Positions 1 through 11,900 of a stretch of DNA of 64,000 bases are shown here, in pieces. Where the stretch lies: assembly GCA_054600435.1 (NCBI GenBank), contig BAAIJX010000013.1:124001-188000 (forward strand). The letters run 5' to 3'. Made by a program: the position numbers and the translations under genes. Each line of letters starts with the position of its first letter. The stretch's first letter is position 1. Under the pieces are notes generated by a model that saw only the letters and a list, made by a program, of their open reading frames with translations, ran no database searches and was not told where the DNA came from. Source of the DNA: Neophaeotheca triangularis (Eukaryota).

Positions 1-828
1 GAGACCGACTGGCAAGGAGCACGAGTTATCGTTTCCAACTCGCAAGACAAGCTCGATGGAGACATGGAAGGGCGAGCCGCTGGGTGGCACACGACGAGAG
101 AACCTACATGTCCGAAGCGAGTAGGATAGAATGCCTCTTGAGCTCAGGTTCTAGCAACGTACCTCCCGATGAGCTTGTAATTGGGATGAGTCCGGCGGAG
201 ACCGTGAACCGGCCTTGAATGCTTGCTCTTTGGTCCAAGGGTCCCAGCTCGGCTCCGATGCCAAGATTATGGATGTGATTGCGCCTCGATCGCTTTACAA
301 CCCATTGAACATGAAGGTTCTTCTTCTTCCGAGGCGATGCCAAGGCGAGCCCCCTTTTCTGACATGTAGGTGAATCAAACTCAATGCTTTGTCAAGGCAT
401 TCCTCAACTGCTCTGTCGTACAGAAGCACACGTCGCAAGCCGAGGATGCAGGAGCGTGTGTAATACGGTTTGGATCCTTCGAGAGAGCGCGTACGATTGC
501 CGCATCGATTCAACCCTAGGCATGTGAGAGTCTGTTTGACAATGAGTGAAGATGACGCTACTCGACCAAGCCATATGCAAGCTACCTAATCGCTTTCGAA
601 GTGTTAGGTAGCAAGAGCTTCACAGGAGCGAAGGGCGTATCAGACAGACCTTACTTGCGCATTCACCTCTCACTCACTCTGAGACTCACTTAGCCCATAC
701 ACTCACTTTCTCACACGCAGAAGAGAAGCACGCACTGGCCAAGTCTGGAAGCTTTGTGAACCCCAAGTGAACTTTCCGGAAGGTGATAATACCTAAGGCA
801 TCTATAATGGAAAGCTCACGCAGCACGA

Positions 829-1821
829 TTGGAAGTACTTCTACGCCTCACAGCAGAGCCCAGCGACACCTCTACCGACGTGTCATCGCAGTACAGTGTT
901 GCAGCGAGTGCCGGTACGATGAATGATTACGCCGCCAACGGACTTATCGCTAACCCTTACTTTCATGAAGACCTGACCAGCAAGATGGAAGGCAGTGCTG
1001 AGGCAGAAGCTCGCGACTTGCTCCGTAGAGGCATACCGCACGATGCACCAGCTTGCGCCTACCACCAGAGACTCCGTTCCTTTCCTTCACTTGAGCTCTC
1101 GATCAAGACCACCGTCATCAAAGAGGGCGCCTTCTTTCCGCTCTGCTACGACTGCCAAACCAGATCTACCACGAAAGCCGAGCTCGACATCCTTTTTCAG
1201 CGACCCATGCTGCCCGACCTCTGCCTCTGCGCCTCTACCACGGTAAACTCAGACTGCTGGTACTGTTCGCTCACGTTCTGGGAGCTGGACAAACAAGTTG
1301 CGGTGCTCGAACGCAGCAAACACAAGCTGCGCGAAGATGGAAGCGCTACAGATTGCCTCATGATGACCTGCGGCTGCGGCAAGGTGGCCCAGGAGCCGTA
1401 CCAGATCACCAAGTGCGTCACTTGCAACGGAACCGCCACCACGTTCAACCGCGCAGGCCTCGCTCCCGGTGAAATCCACCAACATTTGAAAGCTCAGTCG
1501 GCGTCAAATGCAGCCTTGTTTGGAGGAGCAGGTGCTCCTACCAGAAACTCAGGAGGGAAACAAGCGGACGCTGGGTTCAAGGCGGATATGTCAAGCGAGA
1601 CGAATGCGGGTGTGATAATGACCGCTTTGGGAGCCCATGCTCAGGGGTTGGATGGCGCAATTGACCCTGCTACCCAGCAAGATGCACTTTCTGCGCTTGA
1701 GGGGCCCATGTCATCTGGAGATCAGCAGATTCCGGCTGAGCAGATGAGCGCTATTATTGCGGCGTTGGGTATTGAGCGTGTTCGCCCAAAGCTGTCTCTG
1801 AAGACGCATTTCGAGCACTGA
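829..1821 (+). CDS. Hypothetical Cys-rich, putative zinc-binding protein (start uncertain; first in-frame ATG at 919)
   Basis: Uninterrupted 330-codon ORF with clustered CYDC, CLC, CWYC, CGCG and CVTC motifs. No family recognised. Confidence 0.55.
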   Translation: MEVLLRLTAEPSDTSTDVSSQYSVAASAGTMNDYAANGLIANPYFHEDLTSKMEGSAEAEARDLLRRGIPHDAPACAYHQRLRSFPSLELSIKTTVIKEGAFFPLCYDCQTRSTTKAELDILFQRPMLPDLCLCASTTVNSDCWYCSLTFWELDKQVAVLERSKHKLREDGSATDCLMMTCGCGKVAQEPYQITKCVTCNGTATTFNRAGLAPGEIHQHLKAQSASNAALFGGAGAPTRNSGGKQADAGFKADMSSETNAGVIMTALGAHAQGLDGAIDPATQQDALSALEGPMSSGDQQIPAEQMSAIIAALGIERVRPKLSLKTHFEH

Positions 1822-2278
1822 GTTCGCCTCTCCGCGTACACACAAGGCGCACAAGAGACAAGTCTTACTACAGAGCTTCATTGATGAGTTGTTGGCAAAG
1901 GGGGCCCCTTGCAATTCCTCCTTTTGGCATTGATGTGGCGCGGTCAACTTTGCAGAAGACAATAGCGACGAGGCAATGTATTCATGAAATACCTTAATCA
2001 AAATCTGAGCAATTTCCCTGTACAATGTTATCTCTGTGGCTTCTACGAGTGAGGTGACGAAGAAACCTAAGCTCACGGGCGATCACAGCCGTTCGCCTTC
2101 ACTTGAAGCTGTTATCTTATCTTTGAAAGTCTTGGCAACCTCTGAATAAGGTAGCTTTACATCGCGATTCCTAAAAGGAAATGTCAACAGGTGTCTATTT
2201 TCCGACTGATGAAACGAATCACGTAACGTTAAAGCCGTTTAGCAGAGCCTGCTAGAACAATCGTAATTAAAGGCTCCA

Positions 2279-3349
2279 ATGTCCTCTGAGGGGTTTCACG
2301 AGCAGTCCGACCCTCACCACCCTCCGCGTCCTCCCCTACAGTCTCCCACCGATCCCGATCACAGAGAAGACGAGCAGACTACTCACTTCTCACCATCTGC
2401 CACGGTCCAATATTTCACGGAACCCTTTCGTTACACTTTCAAAGGCGTGCTCCGTAGGTTGTCAGAAGACACTGCTCCTTCCGCCCTTGCACGAGCTCTG
2501 AGTGCGAACTACAACGGCTCAATGACCGATCCCACCACGGGTGTTTACCAACCGCCCATGGAACCAGCTAGGCGGCGGCCGTCGCCTTTCCAGCCCCCGC
2601 CTTTGACTCCCCTATCATTGTCCGGCTACCAGGAGGGCACGGGGAGGAAGGCGCGGTTGATGAGTAGAGCCCTGGCAGAAGAAATACGGTTATTGGTGCC
2701 CCCTCGTTTGCAATTGGTGGACCACTGGAGCCTCACATATTCTCTAGAGCAAGATGGAAGCACATTGAGCACGCTGTACAGCAAATGCGACGAACACAGG
2801 GGAAAGAGGGGCGGCTTCGTCGTCGCAGTCAGGGACGCAAGTCGAGGCATCTTCGGCGCATACTTGTCCGAGCCGCCTAGGACGCAACCTCACTACTTTG
2901 GTTCCGGAGAGTGCTTCTTGTGGAAAGCGAGCATTCTCCCTGCGCTGCCGGACTTGTCTAGCCTGCCTCCACCGCCGAGCGAAGACACAACGCACGCCCA
3001 GCGGATGACTACTATAGGGCTGTCGAACAACAACTCCAACGCCTCTCTCGCTTCTCTGAACGTTCCTGGGGCTAACGGCACGAACGGGCACACTAAGAAA
3101 GCTTCCATCACTCCCGAGCGTATCCGTTTCAAAGCTTTCCCATACACTGGGGAGAACGATTTCACCATCTACTGCCAACCGGACTTTCTCAGCGCAGGTG
3201 GAGGCGACGGTCGCTACGGGCTCTGGCTGGACCAGAAGTTGAGTAAGGGATTGAGCGACACGTGTCCGACGTTCGGCAACGAGCCTCTCAGCGATGATGG
3301 AACAAAATTTGACATTCTGGGGGTCGAGGTTTGGTATGTTGGGTCGTGA
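2279..3349 (+). CDS. OXR1: Oxidation resistance protein 1 (TLDc domain)
   Basis: TLDc motifs W-x-L-x-YSLEQDGSTLSTLY, IFGAY, YFGSGECFLW, GGGDGRYGLWLD, CPTFGNEPLS and terminal VEVW. Confidence 0.93.
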   Translation: MSSEGFHEQSDPHHPPRPPLQSPTDPDHREDEQTTHFSPSATVQYFTEPFRYTFKGVLRRLSEDTAPSALARALSANYNGSMTDPTTGVYQPPMEPARRRPSPFQPPPLTPLSLSGYQEGTGRKARLMSRALAEEIRLLVPPRLQLVDHWSLTYSLEQDGSTLSTLYSKCDEHRGKRGGFVVAVRDASRGIFGAYLSEPPRTQPHYFGSGECFLWKASILPALPDLSSLPPPPSEDTTHAQRMTTIGLSNNNSNASLASLNVPGANGTNGHTKKASITPERIRFKAFPYTGENDFTIYCQPDFLSAGGGDGRYGLWLDQKLSKGLSDTCPTFGNEPLSDDGTKFDILGVEVWYVGS

Positions 3350-3485
3350 CCGCCGTGTGACGACGTACTGATGGTCAGGTTGCGGGTCGGCTACATGGCG
3401 TTATACAAGATACCCGGAAATAATACGACTCATGGACAGTACAATAATTTACAATGTTATAGCTACAGCTACAGCTACAGGTCTT

Positions 3486-5315
3486 TTATGTGCTAGAGTA
3501 CACAGCTGTGCAAGAGCGGCCGCATTCGACCCGCTGCTCCATGCTCACCTTCCGCCCATCTGGCAGCTTTACTGCAGCTCTAGGCGTGATGTGAAACCTA
3601 TGCTCCTCTTTTGCACCAGTGCTCTTCTTCGCCCTGACGAGTTCCGCGGCTGAATCCAGCGGCTGGAGATACGTAGGGAAAGACTGGTTGTTCCGCTTTC
3701 CCGTTCCGAGCTGGTAATGTTCGTTGCCGCCCCAGAAGACTATGTCGGCTCCCCAATTTGTGTCATCCGGTGTCGACAGATTAGCCGTGGTGTTTGTGAT
3801 GTTGCCCATGACCGCCGCTGCATGCGTCGCGCCGACGCTGAGATGGGCAAGTCGGATGGGTACGGTTGTATTGGTGGTCTCGTTGTACTCGAAGAGGCCA
3901 CTCAGTGATGGGATTTTTGCGGGTGTGCTTTGCACGTGCGTCCACCGGTTATTGGCAAGATTGCCCATAATCCCAGTGCCGAAGGCAAAAGTATCTGCCG
4001 TTGTCTTCCCCAGGCCGCGGTTCTGCCTGGCTTCCTCGGCCGGGTCGGCTCTGCTCTGATAGCTGATCTGGGAGGCAACCTTTGTCGCATCCACGGTGAA
4101 ATAGCTGTTGTTTCCGCCTGCAGCGATCTTCGTCACGATAGGAACTTGGGATGTTCCGGTGTACAACTTTTGGAGGGGAAGCAGAGAGGGAGCGTCTACA
4201 ATCGAACTGTCTGGGTTGTAATCGAAGCCCAATTGTCCGGCAATGTTATCGCCCCACGTGAATATCCGGCCGTCCTTGTCGAGAGCCAGGCTATGGTTGT
4301 CGCCACAAGCTACGCTGGCGATCTCAAAGCCACGAAGCGTCGTGATCTCATGGGGTTGATCGAAGTCGCCGGCAGGTCTCGTGACCCATGTCAACCCCGG
4401 AACACCTAACTGACCGCGGCCGGGGAAAGCATCTGATGCCGATGCGAACGAGAAGAGACGACCCTTGGAAGTTAGCAGAAGCCCGTGTTCAAGGCCACTG
4501 GCTACGAGTTTTATGCTTTCGGATGATTTGAGGCCAGCGGGGGTAATTGTTCGATAGGCGATAGGGCTGTTGTAGCTCCAGAACGGGATCCAACTTGCTT
4601 CTGAGGGCTTGCTACCAGACTCCTGCTCGGAAGCAGAGACGGGGATACTGTACACCTTGCCATTCTTCGACAGCCCAAGAATGCGATCTTTGGAGATGGA
4701 GAGGGAAACGAGGTTTTTGCCTTTGAGAGTGGTCACCGGGTCCTTGATGTCAGCGGAATACCCAGTGCCCCATTGGTACAGGTCCCCTCGCTCGTCAATA
4801 GCAGCACCGAAAGTCCGGTCGAGTTTTATATCACGTAGCAGTTTCCCATCGAAAAATCGTATCCGTCTCGGTGTCTTGACAGCGTTGTCTGTGCTATCAG
4901 GCGCAACGACCCGGCCTATATTGCTGCCCCACGCATACACTCCAGGGTTCTCCCACGAACGCTTGACTTGATGGTGCTGGCTCGAGATGAGGTCTCGATT
5001 CTCCTCCTTGCTCGCGCCTTGCTTCTTCCTCGATTTTTCGAAGACTAACGAATCTTGTTCAGGCGATTCCGGAGACTCTGCGTATGTCTGGCGTCCATAG
5101 TTTTGCTGGGCAATCGTTGCAAATCCTCCGGCAACAGCTACAATGAGAAGAGAACGGGAGAAGTTTCGCCGCTTTGATTGGGAGCCGTTTCGGTATGGAG
5201 CCCTGGCGGTTGCTACTTTTGACGCATCTTTGATGGATGAACTTGCTCGGGTTGATGCTGCTCTACAGCACGGCGGGATGGAAGAAACGGCCCTCGATGC
5301 TCCTCTGGAGAACAT
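3486..5315 (-). CDS. FMP25: Mitochondrial RCC1-repeat protein, Fmp25-like
   Basis: Basic Ser/Arg-rich presequence, one hydrophobic segment, WENPGVYAWGSN motif and several RCC1 repeats (ASGLEH, ACGDNHS, TWGDN-x-x-GQLG, WGGNEHYQLG). Confidence 0.85.
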   Translation of the reverse strand: MFSRGASRAVSSIPPCCRAASTRASSSIKDASKVATARAPYRNGSQSKRRNFSRSLLIVAVAGGFATIAQQNYGRQTYAESPESPEQDSLVFEKSRKKQGASKEENRDLISSQHHQVKRSWENPGVYAWGSNIGRVVAPDSTDNAVKTPRRIRFFDGKLLRDIKLDRTFGAAIDERGDLYQWGTGYSADIKDPVTTLKGKNLVSLSISKDRILGLSKNGKVYSIPVSASEQESGSKPSEASWIPFWSYNSPIAYRTITPAGLKSSESIKLVASGLEHGLLLTSKGRLFSFASASDAFPGRGQLGVPGLTWVTRPAGDFDQPHEITTLRGFEIASVACGDNHSLALDKDGRIFTWGDNIAGQLGFDYNPDSSIVDAPSLLPLQKLYTGTSQVPIVTKIAAGGNNSYFTVDATKVASQISYQSRADPAEEARQNRGLGKTTADTFAFGTGIMGNLANNRWTHVQSTPAKIPSLSGLFEYNETTNTTVPIRLAHLSVGATHAAAVMGNITNTTANLSTPDDTNWGADIVFWGGNEHYQLGTGKRNNQSFPTYLQPLDSAAELVRAKKSTGAKEEHRFHITPRAAVKLPDGRKVSMEQRVECGRSCTAVYSST

Positions 5316-5597
5316 GTTGTATGCTTTACAGCGTGGTCACGCTTATGTTCGTTGAGGTCGGTTCATCCAATCTTTCCGGTCATTGACTATTGGAAGTGAA
5401 CGGACGGGAATCCCAGACGACAGTCGAGAGCGACGTCACGTCGGATAAAGTCCGGGGACTTCTTTATGCAGCTGAGGTGAGGTCCACGGCCAGCTGTTTG
5501 ATCGCGTCCCACGCTACGGGCTCCCATACCTTATCATACAATGCTCGGACAACGCAGCTCGACAGCTAGGTAGGTTGTCGAAACCTTCCCGGACATT

Positions 5598-8289
5598 ATG
5601 GACGATGCCTGGATCCACTCCTTCACCACTTCGTCGGCCTCGGCTGCTGCGGCAAAGGAAAGGCCACAGCAACATGCGAGGCGGCCATCTCTCCTCGAGC
5701 AGCCTCAAGTAAGCCCTGTGTAGCTCTGGTGCGTTGAAACTTTGTCTGATTGATTCCCAGGAAAATGCTAAGGGCGCCATAGTACATTCGCACACAATTC
5801 AGGAATCTATACCTGAAGATATCGCTTGGAATGGCCCGCCGAAGGCTGCCGTGGCTCGCAGGGCGCAAAGCTACAGCGACTTCTATCATGTTGCGAGGAG
5901 CTTCGGCAACAGGGAAAACAGCCGGCTAGAGAGGCGGAGAAGCGTGGATGCTGCCCGAGAGGCTCAAGGCAAAGTAGGCAAAGAGCTTGCGTTCGACGAC
6001 GAATTCCGTGAGGTGGAGGGACGATTGCTGGAGCAAAGCCATACCGAATATCAATCCTACTACGATCACCTTCGACTGAGTGAATCACATTTGGAAAGCC
6101 TCCTTGTGGGCAATCGTAGCGCTTTGAGTCTACTGGCGAATCTATCTGATTCTTTCCAAGCCGTAGAAGCGCGGACGGAAGCTTTTCGTCAACAATGCGA
6201 ATCTCTACTTTCCGAGCAACGGCGACTGTCGTCTCTCGCCAATAACATCCAAGAAAATGCACGCTACTACACATACCTCGAACCGATGACCAGAAGGCTC
6301 AATGCACCGGGAGCTACCAATCTAGTCAAAGGCGACGACTTTCCAGGGATGCTGGCCAACCTTGACGGCTGTCTGGAATACATGGAAGCCCATTCGAATC
6401 ACCAAGAAAGCGCGACCTACCGTTCGCGCTATCGTTTGCTGCTCACTCGAGCGCTCACGCTCATACGGCATCATTTCACCAATTCTTTGGGCGATTTAGC
6501 GTCAGACATTACTCGACGTATTCAAGGGGGGCAGCTCAAGGAAACTACCCATTCAGCGCTCTTGTATGCCAAATTTCGCGTTCCGGCTCCAGAGTTGAAG
6601 GCCTTGGGTGTTGAAATACAGAAGCGAGCTGTACCGACACCAGACGATGTCGACCTCAACCGGGAGCCAGAGTACGCGAGTCTTATGCGCGAGCTCTATC
6701 AATCTTACTCGACTACACGCGGTCGACTCATTCTCCCCCTTGCCTCGAGAAAGATGTCCGACATTGCAGCGAATCCCAAACACTCAGACTTGCTGGCATT
6801 TGCACGTGCTAGCATGAGTTTCATGCGCGGCATCTGCCTAGACGAATACGATCTTTGGTTTGAGTGGTTCGAAACAGATCACGCTCTTTATGAGTTTCTC
6901 GAGACTTTGATGGAGCCGATGTACGATTACCTGCGGCCCAGGACAATTCACGAGACGCAACTTGAGAACCTGTGCGCATTATGCTCGATGATCCAAGGCC
7001 GCTACATGAGCACTGATTCCGACGACGAAGACGATGATGCGTCCAGTGTAATGAGCCCCGGTGGCCGAACCAATGACCAATCTGTGAGCCAGAGACAGCT
7101 TAACTTCGGGCATTTAGTACAGCCCGCACTTGAGGATGCACAGACCAGGCTAGTGTTTCTCGCGCTTGCTGTACTCAGAGACGGGATCGAAAATTACCGG
7201 CCCAAGTGGGAGAATTTGCAGTGGCCGAAGCATGCTTCGAGGACAAGCAATGGTGTTGCAAAGGGACCCGCGCTGACAGGCACGCGAGAACATTCAGCCA
7301 ATACCCAATCTGCTGCCATGCACGGAACAAATTCGTCATCCGTCGTCGATCTGTCCGAAGCAGATGCAGATGATGATATAGAAAACGTGTTCTCCAAGAC
7401 CACGTCAACCCATCGTACTCTCAGCAAGCATTGGTATCCAACTTTACCAAAAGCGATCTGGTTGCTTCGACGGTTGTACCGACTTGTGAACAGCACTGTC
7501 TTCGACGACCTAGCTCATCGAATTGTGCACAGCACCATTGCTTCTCTCCTTGCAGCGTCTTCCCAGATCGCTGGCGCAAAACCTCCTGTTGAACACCAGC
7601 ATTCGAATGCTCAGTTGTTCCTGGTTACGCACCTGCTCCACCTGAAATCTGCTATTGTAGCATTCGACATCGAGTTCATTCCTCCAGATGTCGACTTTGA
7701 TTTCTCGTCGCTGACCTCGCCTTTTTATGAATTGCGCGACCGTGGCGGCCTCTGGAACCCGGCGTCATGGTTCAGGCTCGTTGGCTCAGCGCTCGTGCCC
7801 AAGGTAGTGGAGAACATGCTTGATGCGAAAGCAGAGCTCGACGGAAGGCTCAGAACCGTGATCAACGACTTTGTCAATCGCGAAGCCGACCTCATCATCT
7901 CTCCTGTCGGTGACCCGGCATTACTGCCCCTTTCAGCGTCGGAAAAGGAAAAAATCCCTGTCAACAAGCAAAAAGTTGGGCCGGACCCGCTGAAGGCGAT
8001 CAAGGACGTCTATGACCAAGCCACCAAGCAGGTACCGGTCCTGCGATCACGACTACATGCCTTCATCGACGACGAAAGAACCAAAGAAACGCTGGTGCAA
8101 GCCGTCCGAGATCAGGTGTTCATGGGCTACGAGGAATTTTTTGATCTTTATGTGGAGCGAAAGGGGAAAGGGGCTAAGATAAGTCGGAAAGGAAAGGGCC
8201 GAGAGGACGAGATCTGGGATCCCGACTTGTTTGGCGAAAGAGTCGGGGCCGTTTTTGCCGTTACTGAGTCCCCTGATGAGGATGACTGA
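5598..8289 (+). CDS. COG3: Conserved oligomeric Golgi complex subunit 3 (Sec34); exons 5598-5708, 5761-8289
   Basis: Sec34-like motifs (YYTYLEPMTRRLNAPG, YAKFR, LYDYLRP-like MYDYLRP, DAQTRLVF, WYPTL, FDDLAH). Intron GTAAGC..CCCAG at 5709-5760 joins ATG 5598 in frame. Confidence 0.92.
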
Positions 8290-8919
8290 GTAGGCACGTA
8301 GAAGTAGAAAGTACAGTGGAGCGTGCCACAACTGCATGCAAGGCACGAAACTCCATTCCCCACCCCCACATTGCCCTTCGAACCTTTTTCCGATGTATAA
8401 TATCGAGTCAAAGTTCAGATTGGAACAGTGTCTCGTAATAACCAAGTCAACGTTTGAGTATCAAATCAGAGGCTCGAGTGCGTACAGAAAGGACTTCTTG
8501 TACTCCCGGGGTCGATAAGAATTTCAATAGTAAGGTAAGGTACGACTGCGCGCCATCTGAGAGGCGGTCGAACGTCGGGTACTTCGACGGTTCCACCTGA
8601 GCCTCCACATATTAATAAGGTAGCCCGCCGCTTCGGTGGCTCCACAACCCACGACCCGGACCGCCGACTCTGTCTTGCCCTTTCCGGACTCGGATTTGGA
8701 TTCGCCCTGGATTACTAGTACTACCTGCCGCACTGTAGGTACTGACGACGACAACGACGACAACGACGACCTACATTGCTACAACTCGGATGCTTAACGC
8801 GCACATCCAGAGACACCGCCGTATAACTCCTCGCCACACTTGATTCGGCGCCGTCGCCAACATTGCCGCATGCGACACCTGCGCGGCTACGGGCGCATAC
8901 CTACGCCGATGCCGACGTG

Positions 8920-11900
8920 ATGCAACAACAAGGAAACGCGCAGGAGCAGTATAGAAGGGGGACGCCGGGGACACCGGGAGGAGGCACTGGGCAACAAGCG
9001 CCAATGGCTGCTAGCTATGGCATGGGCGCGCGACACTTGTCTGACCAGCAGAGAGCGAACGGAGGCTACATTCCTCCTCCACCGCCTCCTCCTCAGGCCT
9101 CGGCGCCACCTAGCATGCAATATCCACCACCGCCTCCAAGGCTTTCGGGTAATGCATCTCAAGGCTTTGGCATGGGAAACGGGGTGCCTGGACCTCCGCC
9201 GACCCAGTCGAACAGCTATTCACAATGGAACAGACAGCCGTCTTATCCTCCCCCGCCCCCCGTCAATAGGGAGCCGCGCATGTACGATCCCATGGCGTAT
9301 CAGGAGTACATGAGCCTCCCACCTTTGCCATCAGAGGGGCCGTTGACCTCTGCAACCTACACGCCCGCAGGAGAGAGCTTCGGGCCAGGAGTCGGCATCC
9401 CTCCGTTGCACCCGCAGAGTGCTTCACCACAGCCTCAGCAGAGCAGACCGGAGTTTGTGAAGCAGACAAGTTACTACCGAGGGGGATCTAACGATTTCAG
9501 TGCAGTCCTCGATTATGGCAGTCATGCGCAGCATCCACATTACCCAGCTCAGCACCAACAGAGCAATTGGCCATCGGGAAATCAATATCAGCAGCCCATG
9601 TATCATGCGCAGACACAGCAGAACAGTTTACACCCACCAACCCCAACTGGTAAACCGAAGAAACTCATTGAACCAGCTATACAAACCGAGCAGCATCAGT
9701 CACCCGCAGATCCAGCTCCGCGCAACGCGTTTGGGCATAACGGGAATGCTGCCGGCATTGCATCTTCCGATGCCCATTCCAATCGCGACCATTCGTCTTC
9801 GGGGGACATGCCGTCTTCGCCCCATGACCATAACTGGCCCCTACAACGTGTTCTTACTTGGCTTGCAACGCATAGATTCTCGAAGGAATGGCAGGCAGCT
9901 TTCGAGGATTTGAACGTCCATGGATCTCTTTTCCTGGATATTGCAGGCAAAGGGAGGAATAAGCATCGTGGATTTCTGTTGCAAACAGCTGTGCCGCAGG
10001 TTGAACGTGAGTGTCTGGCTCACGGTGTGCCTTTCAACCCTGAGAAAGAGCGTGACGAAACCAGAAGGATGCGAGGGTTGATTCGCGATGTTGTGGCAAG
10101 TGGTGGTGCGGGCCACACTCCAGCGACGGCAGGATCCTCTTCGACTACCAGCTTGCCACTAAGGAATGATCGCAGATCTAGCGCTCATTTTCTTGGCCCC
10201 GGTAGTGCGGACACTGACGGTGGCGTCGAGACCTCGCCTAACATTAGTCGCAATGAGAACAGCTCTTTCGGATCTGCTCCGATCGCGATCAACGGCCCTG
10301 GTGATGAATCTCCCGGCGGCAGAATGCTCCCTCCAAACGCCCGGAGCTTGTCTCATCGACGCTATTCGCGGGAAAGCCAAGGAAACACAGATAATAGCGC
10401 GGCTGGTGTCAACGAGCCTGGGCGTAGCCCTTACACGGCAGAGGCACTTCGAGGTTTGACAGATCACCACGGCCGCCACTCGCCTGGGGCGAGCAGTGAT
10501 GTAAGCCAAAGCAGACAAAGCGGCGCTCAGAACAGTCCTCGCCAATCACCAGCTTTGCAGAATGCGCGACTTGTTAATGCCAACGCTGGTGGACGATATT
10601 ATTCAGGGCATTTCCGCAACACTAGCTCGCCAACAACTGCTGCGTTCCACAGCTCAGCTGCATCTCCCGCACTAGGTAGACTCTCCGCAGGTCCAACATC
10701 GAACAACGGAATTGAAGACGACAATGTTGTACCTAAGGCAGTGCCTCAAGATGTAAATGGGCGAAAGGCACAAGACATTGCTCGACCAACAATTGACTCA
10801 AGCGTGAGGCATCCCAGTCAAGAAACTCCAGCGAGTGCCAAAGACCACAAGACCGGGATTTTGGGCAAGTGGTGGAAGAAGAAAGACGAAACCCACCCTT
10901 CGCCAAACGAGGAGAACTCTCCGTCGAGCCCTCATATCGCCCGCAGTCTACCGCAAAAAGACACTTTTGCAAGCTCCAACCTTCCACCCCAGGATCGGAC
11001 TTCAAACAAGAAACTAGGCCACACTAGCTTGGGAGATGTGGAAGTTCCACCGCTTCCAGAGCGAGGCCGCCCAATGTTTCAGGACACAGATAAAAGATTT
11101 GTTTTCGTCACACCAGACGGCTGGAACTACCGGCTCATCGACATTTCTGAAGTCGAGACCGCAGATCAGCTGAGAACCGTGATCTGTTATAATCTTGGAG
11201 TTCTGGAGACTCCTGAAGTCACGATGCACTTGACTAGCCCAGGGCAGACTGAGCACGAAGAGGCTTTGAACGACCATTCACTCATGACTGCGCGCTCACG
11301 CATCGCAGATCCAACAGGTACCCTGAAACTGTTCGTGCGGACGCCCAACCTCTACACCGGTCCCCCCGAAACTGCTGAGCTTGGTTTGACCAGTCCCTTT
11401 GGCCGAGCCAACTTCCCCGCAACGATGAAGCCTGGGCCAGACCAAGATGGTCATTCGACTTCACGGTCTGACGAATCTACGCTTATACCTGAGAAGTTCC
11501 TTACGCTACAGCCAACACCGAGCAAAGGTGACTTCGCTAACATCGCCGATTACAATGCCCACCTCCAACAAAGTATGCTTCAGCAAGACTTGCAGAGCCT
11601 GCCCGAGAACGAGCGATTGAAACGGCTAGAAGCGAAAATGGATGAGAACATCAAAACAGCCGAAGACCACAGAAGGAAGTATGAAGATACCCCAGTTCAA
11701 CGGCGTGCTCAGGCTCCAAGCGGTCCAGAGAGCGCACCTTGCACGCTTAGCTACCGTTTCCACGATTTCGACAAGCCCAGGGAGTCGCCTTTCACTGCTC
11801 GGTCGCAGACTAATCTGTCAAAACCGGCGAGCTTGAACCAGAAAGAACAAGATGCTGTCGGCTTGGTCCCCCAGCGTAAACCACCGGCTGTTCCTGAACC

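Noticed and set aside
104..513. Two short minus-strand ORFs at the window start
   Set aside because: No recognisable domain or splice model.
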